Shown here one piece after another: positions 24,981-39,367 of a DNA stretch of 64,000 bases. The notes beneath the pieces are model-generated. The model saw only the letters and a program-made list of their open reading frames with translations. It searched no databases and was not told the origin of the DNA. Both the position numbers and the translations under genes were made by a program. The stretch covers positions 79,845,780 to 79,909,779 of the forward strand of contig NC_081360.1 in NCBI RefSeq assembly GCF_030684315.1, given 5' to 3'. How positions within the stretch are numbered: the stretch's first letter is position 1; each line of letters starts with the position of its first letter. This stretch comes from Stegostoma tigrinum (Eukaryota).

Positions 24981-27894
24981 AATCAATAAAGATTTTCTGC
25001 CAGTAAAACAGAGGCAACACATTTCAAATTCTATCTCCAGAACTTTACATTTAAAATTCCTAAGCCTTACACCAGTTTTAAACATTCACTCACTAAAATG
25101 ATTTTCAGAAACATGCCACATGTTAATTAACCCACCTTAGCTGTTGCATTTGTGAAAAATAATTGTAAAGGCCCTGAGTTTATCCAAAGGAAGTTATCAT
25201 TTTGTTGGCAAAACCACTACCAAAGTGTTTTAGTTTCTCTAGGGGCTGGTTTCTACATAATGATAATGACTTGTGGGCAGGTGGCTGACTTCTACTCTCT
25301 TACCTCCAACTTCTCCATTTTAAGCTTAAATGGTACATAAGTTGGGAGGCCATGAAAACTAATGAAATAAATGAATTGGATGTCAGAGGCAACAGTATCT
25401 ACAACAAAGGAAACTGGATAATACATCAAAAATATAGATAACATGCAACATTATAAAATAATATAAAAGCATCCAAAAATATCATTATTAATGTTATGTA
25501 CAGCTTTAAGAATTGGTTAAAATCATATGAAGGTTTTTCTTTTTTTAAAAAGAATCAGATGATATATAATCCTGACAACATATGTAAAGTCACTACACCT
25601 TCCACTTGCTGGAGGACAAGCTATAAAATTTTTTAAATGATCTGCGTAAAGGTCAAGCAATTTTGAAATGATCTGAAGCACCACACACAATCCAAAAGGA
25701 GGAACATCTTCTGTGGATCATTTCTCCAAGAGAAGCTCTGTGGTTAAGGTCCTTACTCCTTCAGCTATAAAGGGAATGTCTGAAAACTGACTTTTTACAA
25801 TGAATCGTAGACCATATGTATTGCTGGCATAGTACAATCTTCCGAAAGATGTCCTTATTGTAAGCAATTGGACTGGGAACTACATGTATGTAACTAATTG
25901 GACTGAGGACATTTGAAAAGCCTGTTATTTGGTCAAAAAAGTATTTAACTTTCTATTGCTGTTGCATTGACCCAAGAAACCCAATATCAAGAGATATTCA
26001 CCTCACCAGAACATCTGTCACCTGAGAAACATAACATGGCTGGATGAGGTCAGGACAAGCCCTAGCTAACGTCTAAAAGTGAATCAGATGTAAAGCCAAT
26101 TAATGTTATAGTGAAATTTCCTTGGACAATCAGAACGTCATTTCTAAGAGTGTTCAATGCAAGACCTCATTGAACTACTGGTAAACGTGTGGTTCTTGAG
26201 CCGTTACAATCTGTGACTTTGCTGAATGCTTCTGGAAAATGATCTGCAATAGATGTGCCATGTTACAAAAGTACGCACTGTGTGCTGATTGCATTGCTTG
26301 TAACCAAATCTGGCAATTCAAAATTGTCATTCCATTATTATTCAGAAAATGTTAACTTTCTAACCTTTCTGATTTATTTTGTTGTATAAGAACTAACAAT
26401 TGTCAGTATTTTGTTCATATGCAACTAATTAAAATATCTATCTTCTGAGGATATAACAACAGCATCCAAAAGTACTTTGGCTGGTTATATATCAGCAATT
26501 GTAGTAGCTTAACTCCACAAACTACAGGTATCTACAGCAAAAGTAAAATACTGCAAATTAAACTGCTAAAATTCTAAAAAGACTTAGAAGATAAAAATTC
26601 AACAATGTTTCTGTAGGCATCCAGGTAATAAGTTACTTCCTTTGGCGTATAAGAAAATGTTTTTTAAAAATCAGGCCCTTAACTTAGATTGAAGTAGCAG
26701 ATATGAACTTGTAATTGTCAGAAGATTTTCAAAACATGAGAATTATCAATGTCATGTTTATCTTTTCATCAATACGAAATTATTCAGTTCTGAGATTGTC
26801 ACCAATTGTATTGAGTTCGAGAATCTTGTATCACTGCGTGGACTATGAAAATACTAAATGAAATGTTTTAAATGAGCAATAATACTTTCATTAACCCTGG
26901 TTAAAAAAACCTTATACAGCAGCGACTCAATGATGCTAAACTAATGGTAAAGAAAATAATTAATCACAAAAATAATAACACACTATTATCAGATGAAGTA
27001 ATTTGCAGCCAGTGTAGAGAGAACATTATAAATGATCTCATGCATCATATTTAAGATTTTTTCACAAAAAGTGAAGTTAAAATATTGGATTATAATGTGA
27101 AAGGGAGGTAAGAGTTATGGAAAGGGATCAATTGATTTGAATTAACCCAGACAATATGGAAAGTAAGTTGGGGTAGTGAGGCTAAGGGGCAAGATTTGAA
27201 TTGACTGAAGACAAATGAAACAGATTGTATCAAAAGAGACATGTAGGGGGTGTGGCACCCTGGTGAGAATAAACAGCTCAAAGTAGTTGACAGACTTCAA
27301 CAAACTGAAAACCTCTGTTCTTTAAAGTGACTGTACGCCACATTAGGCCTTAGGCTCTTGATGTCATTGTTCAGCACTGACTGTTCTGAACAGACCCACT
27401 AGGCTATAGTCAATTTAAATTAAAACCATGTAATGTAATAAAAGGATATTCCTGAAGTGTTTTCAATCAAACAGATGGGAATCTGGAGCAAGCCAGCGTG
27501 TGAATGGGCTGGTTTGATGATTAAAAGCTAAATTTGATAAAGGATATGTGTAGGTTCTGCAGTTTTGTAAGTTACTGTTCTATATAACTACTGCATAACG
27601 TCAAAAACTTCAACCTGTAGAATAATTTTGTAAAGTGACTTATTATTCTGTTTGGAGTTTTATAGTCATAAACTATATTGCATGTGATTTAACTTATAAG
27701 ATAAAGAGTTTTGGTTTTGTAAAGGTAGTATGTGTAGAAAGTGAATATCATTTGAATGTTTGACAATTCAGCTCCATTATAAGCCCACCATAAAAAGAAA
27801 ATAAATCAAATTATGGAAGATAACTAGAAATTAGCGTTATAAACACAAACACAGAATGATAGTTCAGAATATGGAGGCCATATGAGGTCATTCA

Positions 27895-28215
27895 TCTCGG
27901 CTCCAGGATGTCTCTGCAGATATTCCTCAGGGGAGATCTCTAGGCCCAATCATTTTTGGCTGCTTCATCAGTGACCTTCCCTCTGTCATAAGGTCAGAAA
28001 TGATGATGTTTGCTGGCAATTGCATCATGTCCAACACCATTCAGGACTCCTTAGATCCTGAAGCAGTCTACTTCCAAATGCAGCAAGACCTGGGCAAAAT
28101 TCAGATTTGGGTTGACAAGTGGCATGTAACATTTGCACCATACAAGTGGTAGGCAATGACAATCTCCAACAAGACAGAATTTAACCATCACCTTTGACAC
28201 TTAACTGGCACTGCC
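27895..28215 (+). mobile_element. CR1/L2-group LINE (second family) RT fragment
   Basis: ttcctcaggggagatctctaggccca (PQGS.LGP-like); cagcaagacctgggc...tgggttgacaagtggcatgtaacattt. Confidence 0.75.
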
Positions 28216-29677
28216 AATTTGCATTTCTGTTTCTATCAGAGCCAATTTGGTGCCCCAAAGAGGGGTCTGAAGTAGCAAAAGGTCACAATTGGGGCCCACA
28301 TGAATCTAATTCCTCTTTTCATATGCACAGCAAGCAGGATGGAGCTAATTTAATGGTTCATGTAAGCCAGTAAGACTTCCTCCATGTTGAGTCCCCCTAG
28401 GGATGTTCCGACCTGCCAATGGCAAGCTGATGTCTACTCTCTAGTGAGTGAGCGGGATGGTAAAAAGAATGATAAAAGAGGACTTCGTGTGGAACCTGTC
28501 AAACTCAGACTCAAATTCGGTGTGATCTAGCATCATGATGACATAGCCCATTTCAAACATGCTCACTAACTATTTTTAGAGTAAAAATATAACCAACACT
28601 TTACTCCACAAACAGTAACCACCTCTCTTGATGAGTCTGCTGACAGCCCAAAGCTGTCTATCCTCTGATTGGCCTGGTAACATCAAGAGCCTGCCCATCG
28701 GCCTTAACTGAATGGTAAGCAAGAAGATAGCCAATTAAGAGGCTGCCTCCAGAAACATCCTTGCTCAACATGTCTCAGTCACAGAAAGTATGGGCTCAGG
28801 GACCTCATTTGGTCCCGACTCAGGATCCTGAAGCCCATGGCAAAATCCAGCCCTTGGATCTGTAATAACCTGAAGAGAAAAGCTCTGTTTTATTTATTCA
28901 TAATCAGTTGAGACTTTAGAAAAGATCAAAAGATATACATCAGCTCTGTTTTAATGGTTTGAGATTAAGGGAAGAAATTAAGTTATATTTTCTTCCTTGG
29001 GAAAAAAAATTGGGTTAGATGAAACCTAAGATCAAGACACATGGTTTGCATTTGTGCAACAATTCGGTCATATGATTTAACTAAGTAAAGTTTAGTTATT
29101 TAAGGTATATTCAATATTCTTCACTGTCTTAAATACAACAATGTTCTATTTTCCATATCTTCAAGAGGTGGACCTTACTTTTCAAAAGGATTAATGTCGT
29201 TAGTGAATACATTAATTTGAGACAAAGAACTCCAGCTTTTGGAAGTAATGCATTGGAAGTGCTGTTACTTCCTTCTCTTAAGCATTAGTCAGGTGAATGT
29301 GATGATTAGCAAAGTGGAATCCACCTCATCTACTATAAACCCACTACTATTCCCCCTAAGCCCCATCCTGTACCCCCTCTAGCCACAATTGCTATTTAAA
29401 GACATAAACATATGACATTTAAGTAAGATGCTTTGTGTTTTCTTTTGCTCTTGTAGAGTGAGTGGCAGTATTGTGTATTACATCATGGGGGAAGGCTCTA
29501 AAAAGGGAGTAACTGAAAAGGAATCTTAACAGGGATTTTGAAGGCATCTCAGGGGGAAATCTGCTATCGGTAATAATCAATCGTTAGGGATTGGCAATAA
29601 ATGCTTGCCTAACCAGTGACTCCTACATCTTATGAATGAATAAAAGAAAAGCTCCAAAGCAATCTTTCCAGCACTAT

Positions 29678-29772
29678 GATAACAAAGTGTGAAGCTGGAT
29701 GAACACAGCAGGTCAAGCAGCATCTCAGGAGCACAAAAGCTGATGTTTCGGGCCTAGACCCTTCATCAGAGA
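29678..29772 (-). mobile_element. PLE-terminus solo arm without tail
   Basis: gataacaaag...cccttcatcagaga; probable TSD tttccagcactat / tttccagggctat. Confidence 0.9.
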
Positions 29773-32700
29773 GCTATTTCCAGGGCTATTCCGTTTTTGC
29801 CTTACCCTCCACAAAGAAAGAACATAAATCCCACTTCTATATTGGAATATCCAGGTGGTAGTGAGCATTTGGATGAAAAACTGAGGCCTGAACCTTTGCT
29901 CCCTATTTGGGAGTGCAGACTCAGGACATCTCCCTCCCGCACAAATGTGATCTGGTACCCCAGAACATGGAGTTGTCAATCTATTGTGGCAAGTTCTAGT
30001 GCGAGTTGGACCAGGTAACCCCAAAATGAATGCGGAGGCAGGCTGGGTGGAAGGCCTACTTTTGTGCTTCAGTGCTATACTGAAATTTTAATCCTAACTG
30101 CTAAAGCATAACATAGCCTGACAGCCCTGACCATTCATATATGCTCCCAGACCTCATCCATAGTAACTCATGCTCCCCACCAATGCTCCCATTATTCATC
30201 ATACTGTCCATGTCAATCAGTAATCCTTTACCCATATTGATTTTCTATCATAGCCTCCATGTCAATCTATATTCCTTTATCTACCAACAAAATCTCTCAC
30301 ATACCCCTTGCTTACTCAGTGCCGTCTTCCCATGACACCTTCTCTCATGACAACCTGCAGCCACTATGCAAACCAAGTGGCAACTAGTTTCAATCCCTGA
30401 TCTTCACTCACTACCCTTTGCCCATATAATTATTGGTCTAACTCGCGGAGTAAACACCTTAGGCACATGTCAGGACCTATGATGAGATGAAGTGAAATAA
30501 TATTTTAAAAGTCTACTGCAATCTTTATTTAAAGGAAGCACTGTGTCATGAAACTTAACTTACAATGTTAAACTTCCAATATTCCTTATAAGAATATGCA
30601 TTTGATTAAATTTTTAACACTTTATAAAACAAGCGTTTGAAGTCATAGTCTTACTTCAAGTATGACTACTGTGACTACTTGGAGCTGTCAATCAAATTGT
30701 GAAATGCCACAGACCACATTGAGATTGTGGAATGTCGTGAAATCAGACATGGGACACTACTCCAGTGATGAGAAACCTCAGTTTTTTGTCAACAGAGTAA
30801 AATATCAAGTGACAATATTTTTAATAGCGAAACAAGTCTTTTTACTTTCAAGTACGTAGACAGAAGAAATGTTAAATATCTAGATAGCTTGACAGTGTTT
30901 TCATAGTTCTTCTTGGGACTTACAAAGATATTTTTGACAATTCCTCTTGTTTTTGTTAAGTGTGTTCTGATGGTTCCTGTTAAAAATCTTAACAGATGCT
31001 TTTGACAATTCATTTTGATTGTTCCATTGAACTTCTTAGTTACAAAGAAATGATATATTTTACGCATATTCATGCCTACTTTTAATTTCAAAACTACATC
31101 TCACCTGTTTCAGAGGACACCAGACTTTCCCCAACGGTGTACCAAGATCATGTCAAAAGGGGTGTCCAAAAGAGTACCTTGGCTACCCAAACAAACGAGT
31201 AAAGTTCATAATGGTTTAATCTGGTTCGCATTTCATTTCAGATGTCAATTCAGATATTACTGATATAGGCAGCTGCCACTGTGTAACAAACATGCAAGGA
31301 ATGCAACCTGTCCCCAGGAAAATTCTAAGTGCCATACTTGGACACTTAGCCTACTTCCATTTTCACAATGATGGAAAGGCTGTATTCCTTCGGGTAAATC
31401 CAGGATGTCTCTGGTTGTTTCTCAGCTTGACTGAGTTGACCCTGGTCTATGTTGCAGAATTCACAGCTGTACTTATACTCTGCTACAATACTTTTGAGGC
31501 ATTGCATTGTTGGAGATGTAGAAATTTTGTTGAGACATCATAGATCCCATATACTTCTTAAAGCAGCAGAGATAGTTCTCTCAGCACTCTTGCAACATTT
31601 TTTTCTCAACCAAAAGCAACAAAAAAGCATTAACAGTTCATTAATCTTGTTGTGTAAAATAGCTGCCATGTTTCAGTATGTAATAACCATCTCTGCATGT
31701 CAAGTTAATTAAGTGTGTATATATAACACATTGGAATATTTAAGAGTGATGGTCAGGTTATTTATGTAACAATTGAATGTGAAATATTGTGCGAACATAA
31801 TTGTATCAATATAAGTAGTGAATGCCTCAATTTGGATGGCAAAACAAAAAAAAACCTCTTACTTCAGAACTGCTGGTCGTGATAATTTGATAGATCAGAT
31901 AATACATCTTGACAGTGAAGAAGGGCATGACTGTTCTGCTGCTTGTACTAGATGTACGTGCATTTCTCATTCAGGCTTTTATTATTGAATGGATGTCTTT
32001 TATTATTGAGGGTTACTGTTCATCTGAAATTTTCAAAGACACAGGACCAATCTCTGCTAATGATTTTTATATCATTAGTTTAATAATCCTACACACGTTT
32101 TGTATTTTTGTTTTAATCTTCATATATGCAGTATTCTCTCAACCTATCAATTACTGTTGAAAAGCCATCTTCCATTTTCAGTAGTGTTTTTGGATCATTC
32201 AGTTGACAGTCTAGATACTGGTAATCTGTGCCAATAGCTGCCATTTAATGCACTTTTACACCAGCTGTAGCAGTGATATTCTATCCTAAGTAATAGGCAG
32301 CAAGATTTTTTTCGTAGCGCTGGGCACGGCCACGTTTATTTTTAATAGAAAGAATTACACGCACAAATGTTAGGCCATGATCAATCTGGAATTTAGAGTA
32401 ATTTACTTATACATCTTGACATTAATACGATGCTATTTGAGTTGAAATACAGTACTTCCTACCTTTATTTAAAGTAGGGAAAGAATAATTGCAAGGAAAC
32501 AAGATTTTGTTTGGAATGTGTGAGTGATGAACTAGCTTCTCTTCCCCCACTAGATTCTTAACTGGCACCAATATCAAGCAAAAAAAGGGAGTTAGCTTTA
32601 ATTCCCTTGTACGTGGCAGAGTTGACACATGTAAAGTAATAGCTCATTTTCAATTGCCATGTTTAGCATATGTCTCATGTTGGCTCTGCAAGGCCTGCAG

Positions 32701-32867
32701 GCCGGTCCCATGAGTTCAGCTCAGCCAGCAGTTGCTGCCACTACACAGCCCCCCCTTAGCGTTGAATACTAATAGCTTTGAATCATGTTCAATGGTGATG
32801 TTAATTTTCCAACAAAAGCATTATGGGTATAAATGTACCTGACATCGCCAGTCAATGACCATGATTC

Positions 32868-32869
<2 letters not shown>

Positions 32870-32940
<71 letters not shown>
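32870..32940. repeat. (TG)n microsatellite, about 35 units
   Basis: Uninterrupted TG run. Confidence 0.98.
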
Positions 32941-32942
<2 letters not shown>

Positions 32943-33058
32943 GTGAGTGTGTGCATGCGCACACACAAGCACATGTTACATTCCTGCAGATGGTATTCCA
33001 CTGGATATGTCCTTCTGTGGAAAATTGCACAGTTCTAAACCTCTAGGTGCAGGAGGCT

Positions 33059-33222
33059 NNNNNNNNNNNNNNNNNNNNNNNNNNNNNNNNNNNNNNNNNN
33101 NNNNNNNNNNNNNNNNNNNNNNNNNNNNNNNNNNNNNNNNNNNNNNNNNNNNNNNNNNNNNNNNNNNNNNNNNNNNNNNNNNNNNNNNNNNNNNNNNNNN
33201 NNNNNNNNNNNNNNNNNNNNNN
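33059..33222. other. Assembly gap (164 N)
   Basis: Run of n. Confidence 1.
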
Positions 33223-33919
33223 TAAAGATGTTTTTCAGAGAGCTGCCTGAGCCACTTTTTCCATACAGTTTTTTTGATCAATTTGTAGATGCCATAAGTA
33301 AGTACAATACAATGTTAATTTAACCCTCAAAGCACTAAAGGAGCAATTCTCTATTCTGCATGCAACAATTTAGTGGGATGAGGTTAATTTTTTAATTTGC
33401 ATTCATAAATCAGTGCCTTGGATGTAGTTGTGTTTATTCAGTTCCAGTTTCTTAATATTCACGACAGCAATTTATTTTTGATAGTACACTTTTATACTTA
33501 CTTCATGCAAGGTTGTAACACTGAAAAATACAAGCTGTCCCACTTTAATTTACAACTAATATTTAGTTCAACTTGATTGTTTGTCACAACGTCTGTAAGC
33601 AGATTTCCAAGCAGAAGGTTTAGATGAATTATAAACTATTGGTTTAATTACTACACATTCCCAAGCTTCATTTTTCAATTGCATGTTGGACTTTATTACT
33701 TAAAAAAGTCTCATTGGCACAGATCTGACACTATTTTAACATGTTTTGTTTGTTATTGAAGCATGCTGTTTTCAATTCTTTGAAAGTAAACATTTGGAAT
33801 GAATAATGGCGAGAGAGAAAGAAAGCCTTCCTTGTTATTAATATATTAAATTCAAGTAACAGGATAAATTAATCCTATTTTGTATTGTACGATCTTTGGC
33901 GTGATAAGATATAGCTTCA

Positions 33920-34014
33920 GGAATAAAAGCAGGAAATGCTGGAGAGACTTGTAGGGTTAGGCAGCATCTGTGGAGAGTGAAGCAGAGTTTCAAGTTCATG
34001 ACTGTTCATCAGAA
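33920..34014 (-). mobile_element. Old PLE-terminus-derived short element
   Basis: aaatgctggag...ggcagcatctgtggagag...gtttcaag...ttcatcagaa (reverse complement CTGATGAA...GAAAC). Confidence 0.6.
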
Positions 34015-34059
34015 ATGAGAAACTTTAAAGATCTAACAGCTTTTAACCAGTGCAGGATT

Positions 34060-34370
34060 GGTGGCTTGATGTCATTTGGCATGGTAATCCCAAAGCCCAG
34101 GCTAATGTTATGGAGATGTGCGATCAAATAGCACCATGTGGCTGGTGGAATTTAAATTCACATTTAAAAAAAAAAGAAATTAAAAGCTGGTTTAAATAAT
34201 GGGAACTATGAATTAATCATGGATTGTTATAAGAGCCCCTCTGGTTCACGTAGTATCCTTTTGGGAAGAAAATCTGCCATCCTCACCCAATCTTGACTAC
34301 ATGTCTCTCCAGAAACACAGCAGTGTGTTGGCTGTGCCCTGCTCTCTGACATGGCCAGTGAGTCAGTCAG
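34060..34370 (+). mobile_element. tRNA-derived shark SINE
   Basis: gtaatcccaaagcccaggctaatg...ctggttcac...aaatctgccatcctcacc...ctccagaaacacagcagtgtg; homologous copy at 51505-51910. Confidence 0.65.
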
Positions 34371-35229
34371 TTGATGCAAATAAAAGGCAGGGAAATATGG
34401 GAAGAGAATGAAGAACAATCAGGAAGGCCGGTGATAGGATGGACAGTGGGAATGATCAAATAACAGAAAGGATGCTTATCTAAAGCAAAGCAGATGGTAA
34501 TGGGACAAATGCAGAAAAGGAATTATGGGTTTAGAAGAAATGTAGACAACAATGACAGAATCATCACATAGACCTGGTGTCCAAGTAAAAAAGGGATCAT
34601 TCTTTATTATGTGAAATTGATGAGCTACATGCTGAGTTTGGAAGGCTATAAAATGCTGAATTGAAAACTGAGGTGCGGTTTCTGTTGAAGTTGAGATCAA
34701 TCTGTTTTTTGTCTAGTCATGAAATTATTTTTAAATACGACTGATAAAAAATTTATTCTAACAAAATATTTTTTATAAAAAAAATTATTAAATACTATGA
34801 TATTGATTCCAGAAATCTGAAAGTAATCTTGAGCACTAAAGTGGAATAGCGTAACTCTTTGCTGCTTTACTTACTTAATTTTGTAGTATGCAAGGACATT
34901 ATGTACAGCATTGAGCATTCTCTCTGTTTTATTTATACTTTCACAGTATTGGCCATTTGTAGGATGCAGTGAATCTTAGTTTATTGGATTTATTTTCCAA
35001 TAATATGCACCAGTTATACTAAAAACTGCAAGAAGAGTGTCATCCTATGTTTCTCCTCACTATGTTTCAACAATCTTCATTACGTATTGCAGAGCAATTT
35101 TCAAATCAGTCCAATTTCTTGCATTATCTTAGAACCTGAATGTCAAAGAGCCTATATTGACTTTTTTAGGTCTAATCTTATGTAGTATCACTTCTCTCCT
35201 CATCATCCACCGGACAGTGAAACAGTTTC

Positions 35230-35580
35230 ATGGAATCCTTACAGTGTGAAAGCAGACTATTCAGCCCATAGAGTCTACACCGACCCTCTGAAGAGCATCA
35301 CATCACAGCTGCCTCAATGCATCCCTGTAAATCTGCAATTTCCCTGGCTACTCCATCTAGCCTGCACACCCTGGAATACCATGGGCAATTTAGCATGGCC
35401 AACCCACCTAACCTACATATCTTTGGATAGTCAGAGGAAGCCAAAACACCCAGAGGAAACCCACGCAGACACAGGGAAAACATACAAACTCCAAACACAC
35501 ATTTGCCAGAGGGTGGAATTGAACCCAGGCCTGTGGCACTGTGACACAGCAGTGCTAACCACTGAACGACTGCACTGCTC
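35230..35580 (-). mobile_element. HE1-like V-SINE (elasmobranch)
   Basis: Reverse complement has a tRNA head (cagtggttagcactgctg...gggttcaattcc), the V-domain (gtttgtatgttttccctgtgtctgcgtgggtttcctctgggtg) and a CR1/HER1-like tail. Confidence 0.85.
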
Positions 35581-36689
35581 GTTACGTAATTTATTTAACA
35601 CAGACATAAATCTAAACCTTTGTCAATTTTACCCTTAATTTTCTGTACTCTTAATTAACAATATAGCTTCCTTAATCCCTATCCGTAAGTACAAGACCTC
35701 ATCACTGTTGTTACACTGGCCAATCTCTGCCGTACACTGTCTATGCCTCCCTTCAGGGGAGAATTCATCACAATAAGGAGGTCTAACCAGCAAAACAGGG
35801 CTTGCCAGTCATTGAAAAATTCTCGTCCATTTCTCTTTAAGTTTTCTGTGTGATATAGTTGCACTTTTAAGCTGTTTCAAGTGGGATAGCAGAAGAAGTA
35901 GAAGAAATAAATGAACTGAGACACACATACCATGGGGGGGATTTTCTTCACTTCAATAGCTTTTAGGCATGGAGACCATTTACAGGCCCAATTCCATTCA
36001 TTACATAGATGTTCCTTGTGGCATAGTCTCAGAGAATCGCTCAATTACAGTCAGCAGGTGGGACATGACCAGAGATCCAATTGGAGGGCCTGCAGGATTG
36101 ACCCATTAGCAAACCCACTGTGAGGTGTTGCTTAGATAGATACATAGTGTAAAAGTGCTGCAAAATGGAGGAACTGTCATGAGACTTCAGAGAAGGAAGA
36201 TTAAAAATAAAGTCCAGAGCTATTAGGACTATCGGTATAGATGGGCAATTGCCTGTTTTGGCATTGCAACTTTATGATAACATCATTGTTAACAAGCTCC
36301 AATGCTTCTCTGATGTTCTGAGCTGAGATCACCCTTGAATGATTTTCTGCACCCCTGACAGAAGGTGAGACCTGCAGACATTCTAACTTTGCACGATTAA
36401 ATGATAACTGCCCTTTTAAACACCATGACTACCATCCATGGCCAGACAGGCTGCTGCTACCACATGGAACTGGCTACCAGAAACATTTTCAGATTGTACG
36501 AACATCTCAGAATCAGCATTCAGTGCACCTCAGTTCAATTTTCCACATCCACCCCGTTACCTTCAAGCCTGCTACCACAGGCTGCAGATAGTTTCTTTCC
36601 AGTGTTTAGGTTAATTGTAGATCAGAACTGCCTATGCCTTTAGCCATGCTGTTTCAATACAGCTACAACACTGCATGCAGGTACAAAAT

Positions 36690-37335
36690 GCGATCAAGTA
36701 GGGAAATGATATGTTGGCCGTCATTGCTAGAAAAGTAGAGTGCAGAAGCAGATATGGTTGATTGCTGTAATTCTATACGGCCTTTGTGAGACCATATTCG
36801 GAATATTGTGCACAGTGTTGCTCTCCTGATATGAGAATGTGCTTGCTATTGAAGGAATGCAGAAAGTGTTTACCAGACTAATTCCTGGGATAGCAAGACT
36901 GATGTATGTGGTGTGGTTGAAGTGGTTAGGAATATATTCACTGAATTTCAGAAGAATGAGGAGAGATCTCATTGTAACCTAGAAAACTCTAAAAACCCAA
37001 ATGAAGTGATTGCCGAAAGGATGTTCCTGACGTTTGCAGAGTTCAGAGCCAGGGGCGCTGTCGAGGAATACGGATCGACCATTTAGAATGAGATGAGGAG
37101 AAATTTCTTTCCTGAGACAGTGGGTAAGCCTGTGGATTTCACGACCATGGAAAACGGTTGAAACCAGAACATTGTATGATTTCAAGATGTTGTTGAATAT
37201 ATATGGCATATAGGGTTAAAGGAATCAAAGGAAATGGGGGATAAGCCCATTGGATGATCTGCCACAATCACAATGAATGGAGGTCCAGGTTCAAAGGGAT
37301 GAATGGCCTACTCCTGTTTCTCTTTTCTATGTTTA
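36690..37335 (+). mobile_element. CR1-type LINE 3' part
   Basis: gaatattgtgcacagtg, gaaggaatgcagaaagtgtttaccagactaattcctggg, tail gaatggcctactcctg...ttctatgttt. Confidence 0.8.
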
Positions 37336-37439
37336 TAGAAATGTGAAAAATTGCCCATGCATGTCCTAGCCTCAAAAAAAAGGACTCAATTTCTGCCCCA
37401 ACAGTCTATTCTCAATCATCAGCAAAGTGAGTTCCGGTG

Positions 37440-38290
37440 TCTTCAAAAATGCTAACAGCAGAACCCATTAAACAATAACATTCTCACTGCTTAGTTTGGC
37501 TTCTGCAAGGTCCCTCAGCTCCTCAACTCATTAAAGCCATGGTTCAAACTTTGACAAAAGAGCTGAACAAATGTGGGGAAGTTGGGGTACCTGTCCTTTA
37601 AAAAAGACCACATTTCACCAAGTATAGTACCACAATGAACTCAGAAAATATGCGTCATGGGAATCTAGAAGACAACATTCCACTAATTAGAGTCATACCT
37701 AACAAAACATGTTTCTGATTGTTGGGAGATCAATCAACTCAACCAAAGGACAACATTGCAGGAGTTCTTCAGGGTATTGTATTTTCTAAACACCGTATTC
37801 AGAGATGTTATTGCACACTCTGGAGCAGTTGATACTTGGGCCCAGGCCTCGTGAATCAGAAGCAGAGACACCACCAGAAAATTCTTATGGGTAGTGTTCA
37901 GCTTCTTCTTCAATGAGCTTTCTTCTGACATTTTGTCAGAAATGAGGACATTTGTGGATGATTGCATAGCGTTCAGTTCTATTCAGAGCTCCTCAGATAA
38001 TGTAGCAGTTCATGCCCAGATTCAGCAAGACCTAGACAACATTCTGGTTTGGGCTGACAAGTGGCAAGCAACATTCATGCCACACAACTACCTGAATGAA
38101 CTCAATATATAGCCTTCAAAAAGAGTATGATTGAACCAAAACGTGCTGTAAGTAAACCAGCTATATAAATTCTGTAGATACAAGAGCAAGTCAGCGCCTG
38201 AAATCCTGCCGGAAAAAACTCACATCCTGTTGGCCCAAATCTTATCCACCATCCACACAGAAAAGTCAAGAATGTCATATAATGCATTTC
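37440..38290 (+). mobile_element. CR1/L2-group LINE (second family) RT fragment
   Basis: Peptide FFNELSSDILSEMRTFVDDC...QQDLDNILVWADKWQATF. Confidence 0.8.
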
Positions 38291-38344
38291 GAACTAAGTT
38301 GAGTATTCACCATTGATGCAATTTCCATGTTGTTCAGGATCATT

Positions 38345-39112
38345 TTTATTCAGTCACGGTTAGCAGGTTCACTGGCTGAGCAGCATTTATTGCCGATGCC
38401 TAATTTTCCTTGAGAAATCAGTGGTGAACTGCCTTCTTGGATGGTTGCAGTCTATTTGGTGTAGTACACCTACAATGTTGTTCGGGAGACAGTTCAAGGG
38501 TTTTGATCCAGTGACATGCAAGGAAAGCCAGTATAGTTCCCTCTCAGGATGATGAGTGCTTTGAAGAGGAATTTGCAGGTGTTTGTGTTCCCGTATTTCT
38601 GCTGCCTTTGTCCTTCTTAATGGTATTGGACATGGGATTGGAAGGTGGTGTCCCAGGAGCCTTGGTGAATTTCTGCAGTGTATCTTGCAAAAGATACATA
38701 CTGCTGCTGAGCATTGGTGGTTTGATGGAGTGACTTTTTGTAGAGATGATAGCAACCAAGCAGGCTGTTTTAACCTGGATGTCAAGCTAATTGAATTTTG
38801 TTGAAGCTGCACTTCAACAGAATGCTTATATGACATTCTTGACTTTTCTGTGTAGATGGTGGATAAGATTTGGGCCAACAGGATGTGAGTTTTTCCTGGC
38901 AGGATTTCTAGGCGCTGACTTGCTCTTGTATCTACAGAATTTATATAGCTGGTATAGTTGAGTTTCCCATCAATAGTTATCCCCAGAAAATTGATTGCAG
39001 AGTTTCAGTGATGGCAATGTCATTGTGTGCTGAGGGGTGATGTTTAGATTCTGTCTTATTGGAGATGATCATTGCATGGCACTTATGTGGTGCGAATGTT
39101 ACTTGCCACTTG
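38345..39112 (-). mobile_element. CR1/L2-group LINE (second family) 3' part, inverted relative to the previous copy
   Basis: KWQVTFAPHKC on the minus strand; reverse-complement tail agcatttattgcc...cctaattttccttgag. Confidence 0.8.
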
Positions 39113-39167
39113 TGTTTCTCATTTTGTTTTGGTTCCAGGAACGATAACCAAAGCGTTAATTTCCTCA

Positions 39168-39367
39168 GAGATAATGGGAACTGCAGATGCTGGAGAATCT
39201 GAGATAACAAAGTGTGGAGCTGGATGAACGCAGCAGGCCAAGCAGCATCTTAGGAACACAAAAGCTGATGTTTCGGGCCTTGGGTCTAGGCCCGAAAGGT
39301 CAGCTTTTGTGCTCCTAAGATGCTGCTTGGTCTGCTGTGTTCATCCAGCTCCACACTTTGTTATCTC
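39168..39367 (-). mobile_element. PLE-terminus asymmetric palindrome folded back inside hammerhead stem II
   Basis: Centre gggcct-t-gggtctaggcccgaaa; perfect TSD ttaatttcctca at 39156-39167 / 39370-39381. Confidence 0.92.

Noticed and set aside
32769-33281. ORFs with HTHT/CVCV runs and X stretches
   Set aside because: Artefacts of the (TG)n microsatellite and the N gap.
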